DNA from: Hydrolagus affinis
Lineage: Eukaryota
Reading direction: 5' to 3'
Assembly (NCBI GenBank): GCA_012026655.1
Contig: JAAILG010001282.1
Coordinates: 1-64,000, forward strand
Length of the DNA: 64,000 nucleotides
The translations under genes were made by a program, and so were the position numbers. The notes under the pieces were generated by a model. The model was not told the DNA's origin. It did no database searches and saw only the letters and a program-made list of their open reading frames with translations. Shown in pieces: positions 12,318 to 24,185 of the stretch; the first letter of the stretch is position 1; each line of letters starts with the position of its first letter.

Positions 12318-12336
12318 GCACCAGCAGATGGTGCCC
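12318..12336 (+). promoter_or_regulatory. Candidate CTCF site
   Basis: GCACCAGCAGATGGTGCCC resembles the CTCF core CCASYAGRKGGCRC with one mismatch. Motif match only. Confidence 0.35.
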
Positions 12337-12669
12337 TTGTCCAGGTAGGTTCTCTGCTCCAGTCAGGCCCTTGGTGCCGCCATTGTTGTTTTTACCCCAA
12401 GATGATGTTTTTCTGTTTTTTTTATATCCTAGGCATTATACTGGGAGGCATGTTTTATGCTTAATGTTCCTTTACTAGGGTTTTTCTGCTGTGGAAATCT
12501 GAAAGCCAACCTCTCCAAGGCCTCAAAATGAACGCTTTGCTACCAGTTCAGAGGCTTGCGCCACCAGCTCCATATCTGTCCACCATCACCATGTGCACTT
12601 GTCAGCAGTTCAGAGGCCTCAAATTCACCCGCTCTTAGCCTCTAAAACCATTTAGTCGTATAGTTGACG

Positions 12670-13675
12670 AAACCTCCATTCACAGTCTTGTGCGGTGTTC
12701 CTCAGGGCTCTGTCCTTGGTCCCCTCCTCTTTAGCTTGTACATGCTCCCTCTTGATGACATCATCCACAAACATGGTGTCAACTTCCACATGTATGTGGA
12801 TGATACCCAATTCTATCCTCAATTCCAGGACCACTGCTGTCCTGACAGATTGCGTGTCAGACATCAAATCCAGGAGAGAGCTAACTTTCTACAGTTGAAC
12901 AAGACCTAGGCCCTCCTAGATTGGCTCCCGTCCAAACCTCACTGAGAGCATCACCATCCAAAGATGCAAACTCCATCGCACTGAGCCAGTCTGGAACCTT
13001 GGATTCTTGTTTTATCCTCAACTATCCTTTCTACTTCTCATTCACGTCATGTCCCACTCTCCCTTCCCCCACCTCCACCTCTGCCTCTGCCTTACGCCTC
13101 AGGCCACCAAAATCCTCATCCACGCTTTGATCACATCTAGGATCAACTGTGCCAACTCCCTGCTTGTCGACCTTCCAAACTCTTCCCTCCACAAGCTGCA
13201 GATCGTGTCCTCTTCTGCACCAACCTCTGTGCCCTTCCAGAACACCAACCTCACCTGGCTCCACTGGCTCCCCATTCCCTAAAGAGTAGAGTTCAAAATC
13301 CTTGTCCTTGCTTGCAAGGCCTTCCAAGGTCTCACTCCTACCTACCTTTATGACCTGCTAACCCCAATCAACCTGTCCACTCCCTCTGCACAACAGGCTG
13401 TGGCCTGCTCCACATCCCCACCAGGCTCGCCCCACCATAGGTGGTCTGGCATTCAGCCTCTCTGGCCCCACCATTTGGAATCATATCCCACATTCCCTTT
13501 GCCTCCCTCCCTTGCCTCCTTCAAGGCATGTCTCCTCTTCAACCGCACCTTCGGCCACCCTCCTACTCTCCTTGATACCAAACACCTGCTCAAATCCAAA
13601 TCCTTGACTGTACAACGCCTTGGGACATCTTCCTGATAGCAAAGGCACTATAAAAATGTAATTTTGTATTGTATT
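12670..13675 (+). mobile_element. 5'-truncated L2 LINE (RT C-terminal part, 3' UTR and tail), frameshifted
   Basis: ORF track gives [20 protein letters not shown]...[15 protein letters not shown] and LIHALITSRINCANSLL...LHWLPI; ends in the L2 stem-loop tail. Confidence 0.92.
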
Positions 13676-16496
13676 ATGCAGTAATGTATGATGAGGTTAA
13701 TTCACTGGTTAGCATGGAGTTAATTCACCGAAACACTGATTGTCCAGCACTTTGAGACGTCCTCCCGATATGAAAGATCCTATACACATGTAATTTTGTT
13801 ATCGTTGTTGGTCACACAGTCTGATGTGGTTAAGGGCTGGTCGGGGTTCTAATGAGACCTGTTGTAAGGTTTGTGATATTTTTCTCTAATGCGCACTAAT
13901 AGAGAAGTAATGCTAGCATCGTTCCTTTATTTACAGCATTCAATAGCAATGTAAATATCAATGAGTTGCTTGACTGGCCCAATTGTTAGAAATTACAGCA
14001 TGGAGAAAGCCATTTGAACCATCCAGTCTAAACTATCGCTAACTTCTCCAATATCATATCCTTGCTCATTTCCCTTAGCACGTTACATTCTTCTTCAGTT
14101 ACTATTAAATAAATGCACAAATAAATCCACACATTTCCGCATAAACCTGTTTAATTTACTGCAATGTACTTGATATTAACTCTTGGTGAGTCTATCCAAG
14201 AGGGGACAGGATCCAAGTTGCATTTAATAATGTATTGCGGTGATCAGTACTATACAAAAGCAAGCCTGACGATTCAGCTCATTTACGCGGTAGAAATTTA
14301 TTTCAAAAAGTACGTTCTAAAAGTTATCATAACGTGTTTAAAAAGGTTGCCTCAACACACTAAGTAGTAAATTACATCGATGCAAGAACAGCTTTGTCAA
14401 TTTTAATGGAAGTTGCAGGTCAGTAATGAAATAAGCTGGTGATTTATTTATACATTCAGAAACCCAATGGACAAACTACATTCTGACCTGCTGTAAGGTA
14501 TAAGAGAGCACTTGCAATTCCAAAGTGTCTTCCCGGATTTCAGATTCCACTGATGGCTTTTCCTGTATATGACAAGCCAAATACCACTCGGATCCTATGA
14601 GCTGATTTACTCCCCCCCTCTTCTTTCCTTTAACTTTTCAGTCACAAATCATTCTGAGGCATCCCTTAAGTGCATTTGTATTGTTAAGTGCACTGGTTTG
14701 ATTTGGTGTTAATTCAATTGGAGTGCCCTTAATATCTTGTGGATTGATGCGATGTACAGGCAAGCGGTACCTTGAATAGCAGGTTCCAGGTCAGGCTGAA
14801 AGTGGGTACCTTCCCTTCAGTAATACTGTAAGTTGCTGATAAAATTTTCATGATGAAGCCTTTCAGCTTCACCCTATTGTGTTAACCTACCATTCAAATT
14901 CAGGGAATTGGGACTTTGTTTTAGTGACAATAGAGCATCTGTTCCCTGTGCAGGTCAAGGTGGGTGAGTGACATTCTTAGCATCTGTCGCTCTATTATTG
15001 TGTCCCATAGCCAGGCGTAAACTTTTATTATCAATAATAATCATCATGAAATGTTACTGTAATAAAAATTATTGAATTTGTAACACCAAACTAGAAAATG
15101 CCATTCAGTTTGTGCAAAATACAATACAATTCACAGCTACAAGCCGTCCACAAGATCATGTTACCCTTTTTTAGATTCCCGCCACCCACCCCACACACTC
15201 GGTGCACTGACCAACAACTGAAACATGTGGAAGAGTGATGACAATTGTATTAGAAGTACTGTTTTTAATATATGCGTTTAACTGTATTCAGATGTCTAGA
15301 AGATTGGTGTGAACAACATCATATTCATGGCAGATAATGATCCGTCACCATGTTCACTGCAACATTTTATAATAATAATCTTTCCATTTGATATAGTGCT
15401 TTTCATGTCTTCTGGACGTTTCAAAACTCTTCACAGAATATACTGTAAAGTGAATTGACTGTATGTATGTTGGTGAAGCGCGGCAGCCAATTGGAGTGAC
15501 AAGGTGAAATGCATCTTTGACAGCTTGTTTCAGCTCCTCCTTAGTCTCATATCATTTCATGTCATGTTTTGCAATAGAGGGTAACAGGACTTTGTGGACA
15601 ACCTGTACATAGCATCTTTTATACTGGGAGGACATCTAAAAGCCCATAAATGTGAATAAGCAAATGGTTTTATGAAATCACCACCATTGGCACCAAAGAA
15701 ATGTTGGTATTTAACTTGATATTTAGAATTAATTTCATACCACAGTCATTTTAGGAAGAACAGGTAAGTGTAGCAACAGACCTATAGTTTAGCCCCCCAC
15801 CCCTCACATCACCTCACCTCTATGGTAGAATATCTAAACAAATATTATTATAATAATAACACTTCCATTTGATATAATGCCTTCATATCAAGATGCTATC
15901 GCAAAAATGGCTTCACAGGATTCATTGTAAAGTACAGTGACTGTATTTTGTGGGCAAATGCAGCAGCCAAATTGTAGCACAGCAATTTTCTACAAACAGT
16001 GATGTTGTGAACAGCAATGGGATATTATTAACATTAAAAAAACGAATCAGGAAATCTTAGACAATGAAAGATGATTGCTAATATTGTAATATTGTAAATG
16101 AAGATGGAAAGCACCAGTGAAAAGCAAGTGACTGAAAGGCAGGCCTGTCCTTTACAGAAATGGGCTTGAGCCCTTGCTCTTAAATGCAGCTGTAGAAATT
16201 CTTCACATCCACCTTTCACATGTCCCAGAGAACAGGTGATAAAGAAATTGCTCATCTGTGAGGGAATATTTCTGTAGCAGATAGGCAGACATGGTTGTTA
16301 CCTTGATTGTAAATGGGAAAATACAATTCTGAGAGAGAGAGAGAGAGAATCTTTCAGAACAGATGTGCAGGAACTAAAGCATTAGCACAAAAAGCTATGG
16401 CTGCTGACATACCTGTAACTGTTTGCTTTATGGTCAGGACATTTCACATCTGCTTGCCTAGGTGTGAAAAGGTCTAAGTGCAAGATACTACATATC

Positions 16497-16805
16497 ATAA
16501 TAATAATACTCCTTGCATTTGATATAGCGCTTCTCACGTCTTCTAGACGTCTCAAAGCTTTTCACAGAATATACGGTAAAGGGATTTGACTGGATATTTG
16601 TAGGCGAAATGTAGCAGCCAATCATGCACAAGTGTCCTACAAACAGTCGTGGATTGAAATGACCAATTTATTATTGCTTTTTTTGAGGGATTATTATTAG
16701 GCATGTGGAGTAAGAAAAGTTGCCCAAGGTTTTGCCCTGTTTGGAATTGAACCCAGATCTCTCGCTTGTAAGCAAAGTGCTCTAACCACTGAGTTGCAGT
16801 ACTCC
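16497..16805 (-). mobile_element. tRNA-headed Deu-type SINE, short form, full length
   Basis: Reverse complement matches 11408-11723. Confidence 0.92.
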
Positions 16806-16811
16806 ATAATA

Positions 16812-16949
16812 ATACTGCTGTGTGCAATTGGCTGCTATTTTCCACCCAAAATTATACAATCAATTAACTTTACAGTATATTCTGTGAAGTGCTTTGAGAC
16901 GTCTAAGCGAAGTGATGAGATACCAAATCAAATGCAAGGATTATTATTT
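16812..16949 (+). mobile_element. 3' half of the SINE, head-to-head with the preceding copy
   Basis: ACTGCTGTGTGCAATTGGCTGC...CAAATGCAAGGATTATTATT. Confidence 0.88.
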
Positions 16950-18058
16950 AATATGTCTGCCTATTAGTTTCTATTAAATGGTTTTGTTTTAGCCTAGGAA
17001 ATAATCTAACATCAGAATTTAATTATTATAATGAAAACAACAAAATGTTCTGTAAAAATAAATTAACTGTTTGACGTTTTGAAATTCTCCACTGATCTGA
17101 TCCTGATTGCAATATTACATGATTATATGAGTGTAAGTGGGTTTTAATAATCAACATTGAACAGTTCAAACTGCACTTTATAAATTTTGTAATGCACTTT
17201 TAAAATTAAAAGTCAAAACACTTGCCCAGTAAAAGTCATGTTTGCAATTCAATATGTTTCTGTTGCTTTTGATTTGTTTTTGATATCTAACAATACTTAT
17301 AAATAGCATTGCCATTGTTCCCTTGGTACTAGGTCCTGTATAACTCAGAACTAGGGTCAGGGGATCAGTGTGGTGCGTAAACATTGCATGCTGGTGAGAT
17401 CTGGGTCTTGTGTAGAAAGACTCAAATTGTCTCTGGAGCAAATTGCATTACAAACACAGTTCATGCCAAGCTAAGTGCAGCGTATTAATTCGTAGCTTCA
17501 AAACTGCAAAAACTAGCTCATTTGGTCATTGTAACTTGAACCTTGTCATATTAATTATTCCGGATGTCTGAAAGTACAAGATCATTGCTTTTATGTCTAA
17601 ACAAGCTAACACAATAACTCTGCACTTCCTACTGAACTCACTTCACTCTTTCAGCTGAAAAGCTTAATTATTATTTAACCCCATCCTGCCTAAGATGTGA
17701 TTGATGTCCATATAGAGGCCTGCGAGAGCATGCAGCTGAGGATATTAGTGCTTGCAGAGTTGTAAAATAACTGCACACCTTCATCCTAATTTCCATCTGA
17801 ATAAAATTGTGGCAACTGAGTACAGTAGTTTGCCAGAACCAGATAGTGATACTGTTTTATATAGGTTACATGGTTTCTAGACTGACACTGCAGTCCAGTG
17901 TTGGGGCATGTCTCCTGGTGTCCAGGCTAACAATCCTCCAGGGATAAATTGGTCATTCACCTACTGTTTGCCATTGCTGAGACAAATTGGTTGCCGTGTT
18001 TGTCTACGAGTACATACACAGTAATTATTGTAAGGGCGTTTTGAATTTATAAGCCCTA

Positions 18059-18564
18059 TCTATATATAGAAAAAGCCTTAGGTATGTTTCCGCAATTGTG
18101 TCCTCCTGACGCGGATGGCGCTGTATCAAATCTGATGATACAGCGGGGAGAGGAGCTGAGCTGCCTGTGTGTTTGTTTGTGTATGTGTGTGAGAGAGAGA
18201 TACACAGTGAGACACAGCGACAATTCACTTGCCTGGTTAGAGTTGGAATAATGTAGTAATAATAATAATAATCATTGCCTATATACAGCGCCTAATCGTG
18301 TCATTGAGACATCTCAAAGCGCTTCGCAGAATCTATGTATATAAAAGCCTTAGGTATGTTTCCGCAATTGTAACAATGAACTTCTAAAAGGAAAACCAAA
18401 ACCAATACGCTTAAAAACAAACAAAAAACAACAAAGAAAAACAACCCAGTGATTAAAGCTCAGCCTTTTTTTTGTAAACAACAAATTTTTAAAAAGTTTC
18501 GAAATACATGAATAAATGTGTTCAAAAACACTAGGCCTCATATGTCACGCGGGGGTGTAGCTAG
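18059..18564 (+). mobile_element. Probable non-autonomous Helitron with a duplicated 5' end
   Basis: A|TCTATATATAGAAAAAGCCTTAGGTATGTTTCCGCAATTGT at 18059 and A|TCTATGTATATAAAAGCCTTAGGTATGTTTCCGCAATTGT at 18332; 3' end CACGCGGGGGTGTAGCTAG|T at 18564; 5'-TC...CTAG-3' between A and T, no TSD. Confidence 0.65.
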
Positions 18565-18571
18565 TTTAATT

Positions 18572-18740
18572 TATAATAATAACAATATCATTGCATTGGA
18601 TATAGGGCCTTATCACTTAGTTGGGATGTCTTAAAGCACTTCACAGAATATACTGTAAAGTGAATTGACTGTGTATTTGGTGAGGGAAACGCGACAGCTA
18701 ATTGCCCACATGGGTATCCCACAACCAGGCGTGCATTGAG
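18572..18740 (-). mobile_element. 3' half of the SINE
   Basis: ATAATAAT...TTGCATTGGATATAG...CACAGAATATACTGTAAAGTGAATTGACTG. Confidence 0.85.
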
Positions 18741-19669
18741 CGAATACAGTATATATGAGCATTAGTTGTTTCTTAAGGTTTATCCTATTTATTAGACTTT
18801 TAGCTTGAGGACATTTGTACACCTCTGAGTCTCGATGAGTGAGGCAGTCATCAATCGTGCCTCTGATCCACTGATCTTGTTCTTAACACTGACTTCTCAG
18901 AGAAGAGTTATAATGCAGACTGATTATAACTGATTTTGTACAGGAACAACAGTAAATTTGGGAGGGTGGGGTTTGGATGGTGGGTGGAGAGAAGGTGTAT
19001 TTCACACAGTGACCCTTCACTGTAACATCTTTTTATGCACCGTGACCTCTGATTTAACCTGCAGTTTCATGGTTCATTCATTGACATGGAAGCCATTAAA
19101 AGTAGTCAGTTGGCAGCATGTATCCTTTCAGCCTGGCTATCAAGAATAGCATTAATACACTCCATGCTGTGGAATCTTTTTCAATCTAGAGTGACACTAA
19201 TAAACAACAAAGTAATTACATTTTACTCCATGTCACAATATATTAAAGGGTACTCGAAGAAGTAATTCATATAATTACTAGTCACAAATCCTGTGTTTAG
19301 TCATTGCGTGCCATGTTATGAAATAGAAATGAGCTGCGATTCATTGAGATGTATGATTTAAAACAGTTGTTGCCCTGGTTTAGGTGAATGTGACGCTGAC
19401 ATTTACCACATGCACGCGACTTCAATATAGTCTTAAATATTTACTATGATATATTGCGGAAGATCTCAGCGTATAAAGCTATGTCCTCTTGGAGGAAGAT
19501 GCAATATTTCAGATGTATTTTATATTTCTACAGTACATTTGAAATAAAGGGGAATTGAACAAACAAGGAAATGGGAAAAAGAATAAAACATAGGGATTAG
19601 ACTAACTTGTTCCTTTGGATGAGCTAACACTAGTTTAAGGTTGATGGTTTCCTTCAAAGCTGTCATTTT

Positions 19670-20010
19670 TGTCAGCCTCACTCAGTTGTTAGAACTCTTG
19701 CCTCCAAATCAGAAGTGTGTGTACTCAAGCCTACGTCACGACATCAGCTCACACAGTCTAGTTCGAGGCTGACATTCCAATGCAGTGCTGGGGTGCGCTG
19801 CGGTGTTGGAGGTGCCTGTTTGTTCAAAAAGAAAAGGGAGTTTCTCCCAGTGTCCTGGCCAACATTCCTCCAGATAATATTGATTATTCACTTCATGGCA
19901 GTTCGTGGGACATAAACAAATTGGCTATCACTTTGTCTCCAAAATACATCATTATTACACATTACCAAAATATCCCATGAAGGTTTAGACATCTCCTCCC
20001 AATGTGAAGG
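19670..20010 (+). mobile_element. SacSINE1-like Deu-SINE
   Basis: GTCAGCCTCACTCAGTTGTTAGAACTCTTGCCTC head; GGCTGACATTCCAATGCAGTGCTG; GGGAGTTTCTCCCAGTGTCCTGGCCAACATT. Confidence 0.75.
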
Positions 20011-20995
20011 AATTTTTAATTATGTCAATAATTCTGCAGGCAGTGCAGTGACTTTTATGTAAACATCTGACACACCTTTGTAGCAGTGCGGTACTGATGC
20101 AGAAGATTCAGCAGGTTTTGCTGAAGAACACATAAAGATGTTTTTGGTACAACTTTGCTATCTTTCAGTGATCTTGGAAATTATAATATTTTTTCAGCCA
20201 TAAAACTGAAGGTCTCACTAGTAGTGACAAAAAGGAGAATTAGAAAATCCATAACCTCAATAAAAGATGGAATGGGATCTGATGATAATGATAATAATTC
20301 TCCATTTGACACAGCACTTTTCACAACAACAACAAATTTTATTTGTGTAGTGCCCATCACGTCGGAAAGACATCTCAGGGTCCAGGACAATCAGGTTTTT
20401 GACCTGAGATGGGAGATAGGATCAGGAGGGATGGAGGGCGGAGAGGGTGGGGGTAGTAGGGTGGCTTAAGCGGAGGTTAATCTGAGTCAAACAAACCAAT
20501 CAGAGCTTTTACAAGCACTTCAAATCCCCATCGTAACATAATTCAAAATAACTCCAGACGCAAACATTTCTTACCCACTTCACCCTCCTGAGGATGACTT
20601 ATGACTGCATGATCCTCTAATGATAGTCTCTGTAGGCTCTGAACGCAACGGACACGCTCAGCACTCGCAACGATGCTCCAGGCTTCCCTTGACAGATGCT
20701 GAAAGTACCTGAATCAACATTTCTTATTTACTTTCTAGGAGCCAGGATTCAAGGTCCAGCATTTGCTAATGGACGCTTCAGGCCCTGAGCAACAGTGGCT
20801 GATTCCCCTGACAAGTGCTCCAGCCCTGGACCACACTGGCCTGGTTCCATGTTCAACGGCAGTAGCTGAAGCTCCACAGTGAAGCTAATGGCATCCTGCT
20901 GTATACAGATATTCATTTATTGATGTGTTCAGTCTCCTATCCGCTCCACCTTTCCTCTGCTGCGTATCTGGCAGGGCTCAAACAGCAGGCAAACG

Positions 20996-21120
20996 CACCT
21001 GACATATTTGGCAGAGTGCGAGCAATTGTCACAGCTGATAGTGAGGAGAAGGGCACAGCTGTCATTGATGGCACAGATGGTACAGCTGGTACTCTGTACT
21101 TAGCACAGATGGATCATGTG
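20996..21120. promoter_or_regulatory. Dense E-box cluster, candidate bHLH enhancer
   Basis: Eight CANNTG in 125 bp: CACCTG, CAATTG, CAGCTG x3, CAGATG x2, CATGTG. Confidence 0.45.
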
Positions 21121-22783
21121 TCACACGGCACAGAGAGCACGGGACTACAACACCATGCCAGCGTCAATTCAACCTTTAGAAATTCCTTTCATAAATGTAA
21201 AGGAGCCAATATTGTTTCTGCTATATTACCTTCAACATGATTTGAGATTATTGTACATCATACTATTGAATGCTTCAGTGCATCATCCCACATCCAGGCT
21301 GTTTGAAGACTTTCATATTCTTTGTGCAACCTGTAAAGGCTTCTTATTAATGTGTCTTGTCACCTTTCCATGTGTCGTTGGCATTATTGTAGGTCTCTGT
21401 GCAGTTCTGGAGCCAAGTACATGATCCAAAGATAATTCTTAACCAGCCATACGATTGCTGCCCAACAAACCGTGGAAAGGAGGAGGGAAGGGTTACTGTT
21501 CACTGTCGTTGATCCGGGTAATTGCTTATTCTCTTCTATTTGGTAACTTAAAATGTTTTCCCTGTGAGCTTATAAATCACTCCAGTGCATTTTTGGTGTG
21601 ACTTATTGTTTTATTTGAAAAGAGAAGGGAGTTTCTCACAGTGTCCTGACCAACAATCCCCCAGGTAAAATAAATTAGTCATTTACTTTGTGGCTGTTTG
21701 TGGGACATTGCCATGCACAAATTGGCTGCCACTTTCACCTATAATAATACAATCACTTCATTTCATTTCACAGTAAATCATGTAAACTTCTTCTTTAAAT
21801 ATCATGCCGATGTGAAAGCCTCAGTATTATTATTGCTACTACTATTATTATCATAATGGTGTCAAGTTTCTGCAACGATATCTTGGCTAGTAATATCAGG
21901 ACTTGCTGGCTTTGCTCCAGGTCTGATCTGGTAATGACACAATGGTGTCTAAACATGGCTTTTCTGGGGCCATGCGACTGCCATGTTGCTAGAGGCAGTC
22001 TAGCTCTCTCCAGGGAATCCTTGTCAGAACACAATGGCATGAAAATCAGCTTGGACCTGATTCTCCAGAAGTGCAGCAGTTGCAAACTGGGATGTGCCTG
22101 GCTATATAGGGTGTCAGGAAATTTCCCGAATGCCTCCATGAATGGCTCCCGATGCTCACCACTCCATTGCTGTCTATTTAGGAACTTTCAAGTTTGTTTT
22201 TCAACACAAAGCTATTTTATACTTTTGGCTCCCTCCCCCCACAAATTGGTACTTCTCCATAAATGTCCCTACCCCCCCACGCCACATGACTCCACACCAT
22301 GAATTTACGCTCTCGATGAAATATAGCCTCTATTATATGTAACAATTATGAGCCCTTTTGGGGGCCAGTCCGCCACTGAGTGACATTGCAGTGTTTATTA
22401 GACTTCAGTGTAAACCACCTCTGCCGAGCACTGGTCACATCGCTCACAGACACTGTTAACTGAGTCCTTTATGTCACAAAGCTCATTTAATATGTGGCTA
22501 AATATGGCACAGCTCAGGATGTCATAGAGCAACAGTAACTCAACGTCAATGTGGAGCTATAGGATCTGCTGTTCTACTGTGTGACCAGACAATTTTTGTG
22601 TGCGAAAGATGCTTTAAAGATTCTTCTCCATGAATGTTCATCTGTTTTCTGAGGCATTTTTTGAGTAATGACAATAACAGCAAAAACAAAGTACATTTGT
22701 TATCGTGCCTTTCATGTGGGAAGGACATCTCAAGGTGCTGGACGGGTAAGTAAGGGAGCTGGAAGTTGAAATAAAGAGGATCA

Positions 22784-22823
22784 GTGGGTGGGTGGGTGGG
22801 TGGGGGTGAGTGGGTGGGTGGGT
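22784..22823 (+). repeat. (GGGT)n microsatellite, G-quadruplex-prone
   Basis: GTGGGTGGGTGGGTGGTGGGGGTGAGTGGGTGGGTGGGT. Confidence 0.85.
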
Positions 22824-23532
22824 GAGAATACGACGCCTTACAAAACAGGCATTTTGTGCCTGTCCATGGTTCCATATCCACTCTGTCATATCTAGTTCAG
22901 TGAAGTCACTGGGAACTTCTTTGTATTTTTTTGGTGTTGAATTTTCAAGTTTTTCACTTTGATAAGGGACAAAGTTCACAATGTTTTGGCAACAGTGTCA
23001 CGCTGGCTCCGTGAAAGGGTTCAGCCTTATCAGGTAAAATGGAGGGATGGAGTGGGGGTTGGGGAAGGTGGGGGTGGTGCAATTCTCCAGGACCCTGATT
23101 CGGCATAAAACCTCTGCGTGTTTATCGGGGCTCAAACAGGGAAGGCAGGATTCAGCTGTCACAGCTGTCCCTCTTCAGGAGGCACAGGTTCTGAGCAATG
23201 ATTGATTGGTTTGAGCTGTCAGTCACCCAGATGTCAGGCTTTGGAGTGGTCAGTATTGGAATGCAATCACTCTGGAAATGTCCAGATTTTCTTATTGCCT
23301 GACAGCCCCTGGTTGGCAAGCCCTTGTTACATTACTCACATTACCGCTAGGATCATTTTTAAGATTTGAACTGAGTTTGCCTGTCATTGGCATTGTGTAC
23401 ATTTTCAATACATTCTGTAATGAAATAGGTGAGGATTGGTGAGCAATGTGGCAAGAATCAGTGATCCTCACACTCATTGTTTACTTTTGGTTCTTTGGAG
23501 GTCAAATTCCTAGTTGACCACCAGTTAACATA

Positions 23533-23870
23533 TAATAATCCTTACATTTGGCATAATACCTTTCACATCAGGTGGTGTGTTGCAAAGCACTTCACAGGAT
23601 ATACTATAAAGTGCAATAAATACGTGTTTTGTGGATGAACACAGCAGCCAATTTGCATACAGCAAGATTTGCCCCATAAACAGCCATGAAATGAATGACC
23701 AAATTTATCTGGGAGATCGTTGGCCTGACACCAGGAGAAATTCCTTTTTCTTTTCGAATAGGGCTAAGGGATCTTTAACATCCATTTGAACTGGCAGAAG
23801 GGACCTCAGTTTAATGTCTCACTTGAAGACAGCATCTCCAAAAATGCATCCCTACCCCATCATTACTTTA
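23533..23870 (-). mobile_element. SacSINE1-like Deu-SINE
   Basis: CACCAGGAGAAATTCC...GGGATCTTTAACATCCATTTGA...CCTCAGTTTAATGTCTCA...GACAGCATCTCC is the rc of the Deu core. Confidence 0.75.
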
Positions 23871-23959
23871 TATTGTCAAACTTAGATGAGGCAAATTCAA
23901 ACGCCGAATCAGAGATGAGGTTGGTACCAAATGAATCGGACCCCCATGTATTGGTAATA

Positions 23960-24185
23960 AAAAAAGTCGCTGGGACCACACAGCAGGTCATGCAGTGTCC
24001 ATGGAGAAAGGAAAATCAGCTAATGTTTCAGATTAGTAACCTTTCGACAGAACCTTTTAGGTAATTGATCTGAAATGTTAACTCACTTTCTTCTCTCCAT
24101 AGATGCTGCCTGACCTGGTGCATGTTCCCAACAACTTCACTTTTTATTTCAGATTTCCAGCATCTGCAGCATGTTGCCTTTTGCC
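23960..24185. mobile_element. Penelope-derived foldback (inverted-repeat) element of cartilaginous fishes
   Basis: Left arm CAGCAGGTCATGCAGTGTCCATGGAGAAAG...TAATGTTTCAGATT is the inverse of the right arm GATCTGAAATGTTAAC...TCTCCATAGATGCTGCCTGACCTGGTG, followed by TTTCAGATTTCCAGCATCTGCAG; matches a recalled shark Penelope-type terminal repeat. Confidence 0.7.

Noticed and set aside
20575-20708. Possible minus-strand exon (open frame, good G|GTAAGA donor)
   Set aside because: The acceptor lacks a polypyrimidine tract, the peptide is unrecognisable and there are no partner exons. It cannot be excluded without RNA-seq.
21795-22302. Overlapping 148-aa and 114-aa ORFs on opposite strands
   Set aside because: No domain similarity that I can recognise; the region is more plausibly non-coding.
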